This document shows positions 58,641 to 64,000 of a stretch of 64,000 nucleotides of DNA, piece after piece. The notes under the pieces were generated by a model. It searched no databases and was not told where the DNA came from. It saw nothing but the letters and a program-made list of their open reading frames with translations. The translations under genes and the position numbers were made by a program. The stretch comes from Gemmatimonadales bacterium (GTDB lineage Bacteria; Gemmatimonadota; Gemmatimonadetes; Gemmatimonadales; GWC2-71-9): NCBI GenBank assembly GCA_035637455.1, contig DASPXE010000093.1:1909-65908 (forward strand), read 5' to 3'. Each line of letters starts with the position of its first letter. Positions within the stretch are counted from its first letter, which is position 1.

Positions 58641-59126
58641 ATGACAAGCCGGCATGAGCTGGACACCGTCGACCGCAAAATCTTGCGGATTCTCGGGACC
58701 GACGGACGAGCGAGCTACCAGGCGATCGCCGACGAGGTCGGGCTGTCCCGCCCTGCGGTGATGGAACGGGTGAAGCGACTGGAGGAATCGGGTCACATCG
58801 CGGGCTACCACGCGCGCGTGGATCGCACCCGCGCCGGCTTCCCGGTCACCGCGTTCGTCGCCGTGCGCTACGCCAACTCCGACTACATCGGCGATGAGCC
58901 ACGCATGCGCGAGCTGGAGAAGCACCCGGGCGTCCTCGAATGCCATCACGTTGCGGGCGAGGATTGTTACATCCTCAAGGTGGCGGCGCCCGATCTCGAG
59001 AGTCTCCAGGGGATCCTGCGGGACTTGCGCGGCCCGGCCGCCAAGACGCAGATGAGCACGCGCACCACGATCGTGCTCGGAACCGTGTTCGAAAAACCGG
59101 GCTTCGTCCCCGTGGAGCTCGACTGA
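58641..59126 (+). CDS. Lrp/AsnC family transcriptional regulator
   Basis: LDTVDRKILRILGTDGRASYQAIADEVGLSRPAVMERVKRLEESG (HTH_AsnC) plus a C-terminal RAM/ACT-like domain. ATG 58641 chosen. Confidence 0.85.
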   Translation: MTSRHELDTVDRKILRILGTDGRASYQAIADEVGLSRPAVMERVKRLEESGHIAGYHARVDRTRAGFPVTAFVAVRYANSDYIGDEPRMRELEKHPGVLECHHVAGEDCYILKVAAPDLESLQGILRDLRGPAAKTQMSTRTTIVLGTVFEKPGFVPVELD

Positions 59127-59127
59127 C

Positions 59128-60078
59128 ATGGCGGCCCTCCGCGGCAAGGCGCTCGTCGCGTACCTCGTCGTTTGCGTGTTCTGGGGATCCACCTATCTCG
59201 CCATCAAGGTCGGGGTCGGCGAGCTGCCACCGTTCCTGTTCGCGGGGCTGCGCTTTCTCGTGGCCGGGCTGCTGGTGCTCGGGCTCGCGCTCGCGTTGGG
59301 CGACAGGCTCCCCCGGCGCGTCTCCGACTGGCGCACCCAGGGGATCGTCGGCTTGCTGCTGCTCGCCGGCGGCAATGCCTTCGTGGTGTGGGCGGAGCAA
59401 TACACGCCCTCCGGCACGGCGAGCATCTTCGTCGTGACCGTCGCCTTGTGGATGGCGTTTTTCGACGCCATCATCCCGGGGGGCTCGGGCGAGCTCGGCT
59501 GGCGGGTGATCGCGGGGCTGATCTTGGGCTTTCTCGGAACGGGCCTGCTGGTCGGGGCCAACCCGGCGGAAATCCTGCGCGCCGACCTGCGCGGCCCGAT
59601 CGCCCTGACGTGCGCCAGTGCATCCTGGTCGCTCGGCTCCGTCTACGGCAAGCGTCACAAGACCGAGACCAGCCCGTACGTCGGCGCCGCGCTGCAGATG
59701 CTCGCGGGCGGCGCGGCGGTCGCGCTGCTGGGCACCGTGCTCGGTGAGTGGAGCCGTTGGCACCTGACGGCGAAGGGCGCGGGGGCCATCGTCTACCTGG
59801 TCGTGTTCGGCTCGATCCTGGGCTACAGCGCCTACACCTACGCGCTGCGTCACGCCTCCCCCACGATCGTCGGAACGTACGCCTACGTGAACCCCGTGAT
59901 CGCCGTGCTGCTCGGCTGGCTCATCCTAGGCGAACCGGTGACGGCGCGCACCTTCGTCGCGATGGCGCTGATCGTCGGAGCGGTCGTGTGGATTCAGTTC
60001 TCCCATAAACTGTCGGTCCCGAAAGGACTCCCCGGAAGTCGCCCTAACCGTCTCCCGGTCCGCGAGACCATCATCTGA
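59128..60078 (+). CDS. EamA/DMT family transporter
   Basis: Ten-TM layout with two EamA repeats (WGSTYLAIK..., LGYSAYTYALRH...). Follows lrp with a 1-nt gap. Confidence 0.85.
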   Translation: MAALRGKALVAYLVVCVFWGSTYLAIKVGVGELPPFLFAGLRFLVAGLLVLGLALALGDRLPRRVSDWRTQGIVGLLLLAGGNAFVVWAEQYTPSGTASIFVVTVALWMAFFDAIIPGGSGELGWRVIAGLILGFLGTGLLVGANPAEILRADLRGPIALTCASASWSLGSVYGKRHKTETSPYVGAALQMLAGGAAVALLGTVLGEWSRWHLTAKGAGAIVYLVVFGSILGYSAYTYALRHASPTIVGTYAYVNPVIAVLLGWLILGEPVTARTFVAMALIVGAVVWIQFSHKLSVPKGLPGSRPNRLPVRETII

Positions 60079-60097
60079 CGGACAGGCGCGATGTATT

Positions 60098-60190
60098 CCC
60101 ATCCTGTAGGATGGGCTCGGCGCTGCACTGTGCTGAAGCACACTCGGTGTCCTTAGGACAGTGCCTCGCTGAGCCCACGCTTCAGCGTGG
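60098..60190 (+). other. three consecutive hairpins in a lower-GC intergenic region (structured RNA / REP-like element / terminator cluster)
   Basis: CCCATCC-TGTA-GGATGGG (60098-60115). A long imperfect hairpin at 60115-60174 (GCTCGGCGCTGCACTGT ... ACAGTGCCTCGCTGAGC) with internal GTGC-TGAA-GCAC and GTCC-TTA-GGAC. CCACGC-TTCA-GCGTGG (60175-60190). Confidence 0.4.
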
Positions 60191-60231
60191 GAATTCACGA
60201 GACTGGTCAGGCTGAATTGTGGAGGAACCCG

Positions 60232-60591
60232 ATGCAGAGCGTGAACCTCGCCAAAAAGTTCGCCCTGTTCGACGACTACTGGAGTCCGAAGATCGCGGGC
60301 GAGCTGAACGATTCGTACGTCAAGCTCGTGAAGCTGAAGGGCGAGTTCGTGTGGCATCACCAAGAGCGCGAAGATGAGCTCTTCCTCGTGGTGAAAGGCC
60401 GTCTGCTGCTCCGCTTGCGCGACCGCGAGGTGTGGGTGAACGAAGGCGAATTCGCCATCGTGCCGAAAGGCGTAGAGCACCTGCCCGTCGCCCCGGACGA
60501 AGTGCATGTGCTGCTGATCGAGCCCAAGTCCACCCTGAACACGGGAAACGTCCGCAATGCACGCACGCTCGAAGCACTCGACACGATCTGA
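60232..60591 (+). CDS. cupin domain protein
   Basis: WHHQEREDELFLVVKG...EGEFAIVPKGVEHLPVA follows the two-motif cupin pattern. SD GGAGGAA precedes ATG 60232. Confidence 0.7.
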   Translation: MQSVNLAKKFALFDDYWSPKIAGELNDSYVKLVKLKGEFVWHHQEREDELFLVVKGRLLLRLRDREVWVNEGEFAIVPKGVEHLPVAPDEVHVLLIEPKSTLNTGNVRNARTLEALDTI

Positions 60592-60901
60592 CCGCCCGCT
60601 GGTCGCCCGGGTGTGGCACGGCGCCACTCCCGCCTCTCAGGGCGACGCGTACGCCGCTTACCTCGAGGAGACCGGTGCGAAGGACTGCCGCGGGACGCCG
60701 GGGAACCGCGGCGTCCAGGTGCTGCGCCGCACCGTGGGGGACGAGACGCACTTCCTCTTCATCTCGTTCTGGGAGTCGATGGACGCGATCCGAAGCTTTG
60801 CTGGTGTCGACGTCGACCAAGCGCGCTACTACCCCGAGGATCGGAAGTACCTGCTCGCGCTCGAGCCGACCGTATCGCACTACGAAGTCGTGGAGCGCTA
60901 G
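60557..60901 (+). CDS. ABM/Dabb-like small alpha+beta protein (start uncertain)
   Basis: The core ARVWHGATP...YLEETG...GNRGVQVLRR...FLFISFWESMDAIRSFAG...YYPEDRKYLL..EP.VSHYEV looks like a conserved about 100-aa family that normally begins near the ARVW block. Possible starts are ATG 60557 (35-nt overlap with the cupin gene), CTG 60599 and GTG 60611. Confidence 0.55.
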   Translation: MHARSKHSTRSDRPLVARVWHGATPASQGDAYAAYLEETGAKDCRGTPGNRGVQVLRRTVGDETHFLFISFWESMDAIRSFAGVDVDQARYYPEDRKYLLALEPTVSHYEVVER

Positions 60902-60907
60902 GCGAGA

Positions 60908-61855
60908 TCACTCATCCACGCGCTCGCCGCTCGGCTGCGGCATCTGCGAGGGCGCTCGGAGCGCCGGTTTCCCCTCCTCTGTGTACTTGAATCCCCGCAC
61001 CGTGTGGTAGGCGAGATCAATGTCCGGACACTTGGCGAACTCGGTCAGGATCTCCTCCCAGATCGCGTGCTCCGTACCGCGTCGCTTGCGGGGCTCGATC
61101 AAGTAGCGGAGCGTGAGCTGCACACCGCTGTCGACCACCTTCGTGTAGACGATCGGCGTGAGCTTGCGATAGTTGATGAGGTATTGCTGCGAGGCGGCGA
61201 GCAGCTCTTGCTCGGCCTGCGCCGTGAGGTGCTCGGCGTGCTTGACCGCGATCGTCGTGAGAATGTGTTTCGCCTTCCGCCAATCGGTCTCGAAGGTGAC
61301 CAGCACCGGTACCTCATTCCAGATGTACTTAAAGCCCTTGTTGTAGTTAGCGACCGGATCGGTGAAGATCTTGCCGTTGGGAACGTGAATGATCCGCCCG
61401 GTCGACTGGTCCGCCTGCACCCAGGCACCGATCTCATTGAGCGTGAACTGGAACAGGCCGAGATCGATGACGTCGCCGGCGTGCGGGCCGATCTGAATAC
61501 GGTCCCCCACCTCGAAGGGGCGCCGCCAGATGATGAACGCCCACCCCGCCAGGTCGGCGACCGGGTCTTTCAAGGCGATGGCGAGCCCGGCCGAGAGCAG
61601 CCCGAGGAACGTCGCCAGCGACTGCACGCCGACGAACCACATCCGGCCCACGATGACGACGCCCGCGGCGACCAGGACGTACGTCAGACCTTTGCGCCAG
61701 CGGTAGCGGCCCCACGGATCCCGCACCCGGCGATACACCTGCCCCAGCGCGATGCGATGCACCAGCCAGAGCCCGACGATCGTCGCCAGCGTGGCGAACA
61801 GGCGCAACTGCAGCTCGGGGCTGATGCCGAGCCGGGTCTGCAGCCATTCGATCAT
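60908..61855 (-). CDS. mechanosensitive ion channel (MscS family)
   Basis: Three N-terminal TMs, then ...ALKDPVADLAGWAFIIWRRPFEVGDRIQIG...GDVIDLGLFQFTL, which is the MscS beta-domain pattern. Confidence 0.85.
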   Translation of the reverse strand: MIEWLQTRLGISPELQLRLFATLATIVGLWLVHRIALGQVYRRVRDPWGRYRWRKGLTYVLVAAGVVIVGRMWFVGVQSLATFLGLLSAGLAIALKDPVADLAGWAFIIWRRPFEVGDRIQIGPHAGDVIDLGLFQFTLNEIGAWVQADQSTGRIIHVPNGKIFTDPVANYNKGFKYIWNEVPVLVTFETDWRKAKHILTTIAVKHAEHLTAQAEQELLAASQQYLINYRKLTPIVYTKVVDSGVQLTLRYLIEPRKRRGTEHAIWEEILTEFAKCPDIDLAYHTVRGFKYTEEGKPALRAPSQMPQPSGERVDE

Positions 61856-61946
61856 GGGAGGCCAAGCTAGGGACCGGGGCTGCGGCGCGCCAGACGCGGC
61901 CGCCCTAGATTAGAGTCGCACCGTTCCATCCGACCACGGGGAGCCT

Positions 61947-63002
61947 ATGCGATCGCTCGCCTTGCTCGTCGTTGGTTGCGTCGCCGCCGCTCGCGTCTCA
62001 GCGCAGCAGGCGGCAACGCTCCGCATCGGATCCGCCGCCGCGCGCCCGGCAGAGAAGGGCTCGGGCTTCATCGATGTCCCGGCCGGCGTCGATTCCGGCA
62101 CGCGCGTGCCGCTCACGATCGTGCGCGGCAAGGATCCCGGCCCGACGCTCGCGCTCATCGCCGGGACCCACGGCGACGAAGTCGCGCCCGTCATCGCACT
62201 GCAGCGTGTGCGGCGCGAGCTCGATCCGGCGCGCCTCGCCGGCACGGTGCTGCTCGTGCACGTGGCGAACCTGCCGTCGTTCCTGCGGCGCACCATCTAC
62301 TACAGTCCGATCGACGGCAAGAACCTGAACCGGGTCTATCCCGGCAAACGCGACGGCACCGTGTCCGAGCGGATCGCCGACGCCATCACCCGCGAGATCA
62401 TTGAGCGGGCGGACTACCTCGTCGACATCCACGCCGGGGACGGCAACGAGTCGCTGCGCCCCTACACTTACTGGAGTCCGCTCGGGCTCAATGCGCGCGC
62501 CGACTCGATCGCGCGCCAGATGGCGCTCGCGTGGGGCAACGATTACATCGTCATCGACACGGCGCGGCCGCACGACCCCCGGGCCTCGGTGTACACGCAG
62601 AACACGGCGCACCTGCGCGGCAAGCCTGCCCTCACCACCGAAGCGGGCTACCTCGGCGTCCCCGCCGAGGACATGGTCGCCCGCAATGTGCAGGGCGTGT
62701 TTCGCCTACTCCGCTACCTCAAGATGCTGCCCGGTGAAGTGGAGCTGGTCCGGCATCCCTTGTGGTTCGACCGCACCGAGGTGCTGCGCAGCCCGGGGAC
62801 CGGGATCTGGTATCCGCTGGTCGAGCGCGGCCACGCCGTGCAGAAAGGGACGGTGATCGGCGTGGTGACCGACTTCTTCGGCGACACGACGGCGGCCATC
62901 GCGGCGCCGTTCGCCGGCGTCATGCTTTATGTCGTCGCGACGCCGGCGATCTCCGCGGGTGAACCCCTCGGCATGGTCGGGCATCCGGTGGAGGAGCGAT
63001 GA
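61947..63002 (+). CDS. secreted succinylglutamate desuccinylase/aspartoacylase (AstE/AspA, M14-like) family protein
   Basis: Signal peptide. PTLALIAGTHGDEVAP (HxxE zinc motif), NRVYPG and VDIHAGD blocks. Confidence 0.8.
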   Translation: MRSLALLVVGCVAAARVSAQQAATLRIGSAAARPAEKGSGFIDVPAGVDSGTRVPLTIVRGKDPGPTLALIAGTHGDEVAPVIALQRVRRELDPARLAGTVLLVHVANLPSFLRRTIYYSPIDGKNLNRVYPGKRDGTVSERIADAITREIIERADYLVDIHAGDGNESLRPYTYWSPLGLNARADSIARQMALAWGNDYIVIDTARPHDPRASVYTQNTAHLRGKPALTTEAGYLGVPAEDMVARNVQGVFRLLRYLKMLPGEVELVRHPLWFDRTEVLRSPGTGIWYPLVERGHAVQKGTVIGVVTDFFGDTTAAIAAPFAGVMLYVVATPAISAGEPLGMVGHPVEER

Positions 63003-63340
63003 GACGCGTCGTGCCGCTCGCCGTGGGCCTGCTCGCCGCCGGCTGCCACCATGCAGGGAAGCAAGCCACAGCGCCCCCGCGCGCCGAGACCGCGGTGAAA
63101 GTCCAGAACCAGAACTACCTCGACATGGACGTCTTTGTGGTGCGGGGCGGCCAGCGCATCCGCCTCGGCATGGTCACGGGCCTGTCCACGCAGCTGTTCA
63201 TGCTGCGCCCCGAGGTCGTGGGAACCGGAACCGACCTGCAATTCGAGTTCCACCCCATCGGCGGGCGGGCGAACCCGCGCACCGAGAGGATCATGATTCA
63301 ACCGGGCGACGTCATCGAGCTCACGATCCCGCCGTCGTGA
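62999..63340 (+). CDS. small lipoprotein, function unknown
   Basis: Lipobox LLAAGC. ATGA overlap with the upstream gene. No motif recognised. Confidence 0.5.
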   Translation: MRRVVPLAVGLLAAGCHHAGKQATAPPRAETAVKVQNQNYLDMDVFVVRGGQRIRLGMVTGLSTQLFMLRPEVVGTGTDLQFEFHPIGGRANPRTERIMIQPGDVIELTIPPS

Positions 63341-63375
63341 CGAACGGCGGCGGGGAGCGGCGGGGGGCGCGACCG

Positions 63376-63862
63376 CTACCCCAGTGCTCTCCGATCCAAG
63401 CTGCGGTACTGGATCGCCTCGCTCACGTGCTTCGGCGCCAGCTCCGTCGCTCCGTCCAGATCGGCGATCGTCCGGGCGATCTTGAGAATCCGGTGGTAGG
63501 CGCGCGCCGAGAGGGCGAGGCGGGTGATCGCCGTGCGGAGCAGCGCGTCCGCCCCGTCGGACACGCGGCAGAAGGTCCGGATGTCGCGCGCGGCCATGTG
63601 GGCGTTAGCGTACACCCCCGCACGGTCCGTGAAGCGCTCGCGCTGAACCGCCCGGGCGCGATCCACACTCTCCCGGATCGCCGCGCTCGGCTCGCCCGCG
63701 CCCTGATCGGCGAGCGCCCGGTACTTGCCCACCGGCACCTCCAAGTGGATGTCGATCCGGTCGAGCAGCGGGCCGGACACGCGCGCGAGATAGCGCTCCA
63801 CGCCGAGCGGGCCGCAGACACAATTGCTGCGGGTCGCCGGAGTATCCGCAGGGGCATCCCTG
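63376..63862 (-). pseudogene. comM: 3' remnant of comM/yifB (Mg-chelatase-like AAA+ protein), truncated and frameshifted
   Basis: C-terminal ComM blocks are present: CVCGP..ERYLARVSGPLLDRIDIHLEV, then ...SARAYHRILKIARTIADLDG...HVSEAIQYRSLD. The preceding CPCGYSGDP block lies in a different frame (shift near 63823). Similarity stops near 63860, and all three minus-strand frames carry stops upstream of that point. Confidence 0.75.
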
Positions 63863-64000
63863 CGTTGCCTCTTTGCCACGTGAGGCTGAAAGGCCAAAAT
63901 ACCGCACCTCACCTGCGCCAGGGGTGCGAGAGACACTCATTGCCTTCCTCTGGCCACGCTCCCATCAAATCCAGTGCATTGGAAAACTGCCGACTAGGGT

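Overview
This is a high-GC (about 70% by eye), very gene-dense bacterial chromosomal segment. I call about 62 protein genes. I found no rRNA, tRNA, CRISPR array, transposase or integrase. All product calls come from motifs read in the supplied translations, because no database search was possible. The protein repertoire (FlgD-Ig/T9SS-like C-terminal tail, CarboxypepD_reg-plug proteins, a TolB-propeller/Omp85 fusion, SPOR proteins) resembles Gemmatimonadota-like genomes, but that is inference only.

Content is mostly housekeeping:
- GldA/F/G-like ABC transporter
- prs-rplY-pth-ychF
- rpsF-rpsR-DUF2232-rplI
- a DhaL-DegV fusion, rsfS and a 1070-aa OM protein
- two SPOR proteins coupled to smc
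- S8 peptidase, MBL hydrolase, DAHP synthase and a LolA-like protein
- minus-strand operons rpmE-prfA-prmC-ylbF-tmk-ctp, yajQ-rimO-hemL-spoIID-OMP-gfo-lnt, hyuA-hyuB-tauE, sigma70-family factor, lepB, and larE-thpR-hyp-ntrC-membrane-aldh
- lrp-eamA, cupin/ABM, mscS and an AstE/AspA-like enzyme

Most notable observations:
1. Two copies of an apparently uncatalogued palindromic element have arms that are tandem heptamers, (TGCGGAT)4...(ATCCGCA)4. They sit at 28.5 kb and 43.3 kb, each placed just after a stop codon. One also supplies the only possible start codons and the signal-peptide core of the LolA-like gene.
2. pth has no ATG/GTG/TTG start upstream of its catalytic N-terminus. It lies in frame with rplY behind a single TGA.
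3. A truncated and frameshifted comM/yifB remnant abuts lower-GC DNA at the right window edge, which may be a mobile-element junction.
4. A bitopic SPOR protein has a degenerate MinD/BY-kinase-like cytoplasmic domain and is translationally coupled to smc.
5. A FakA-like DhaL domain is fused to a DegV (FakB-like) domain.

I found no clear-cut defence or other multi-gene novel system. The repeat element is the best candidate for something undescribed.
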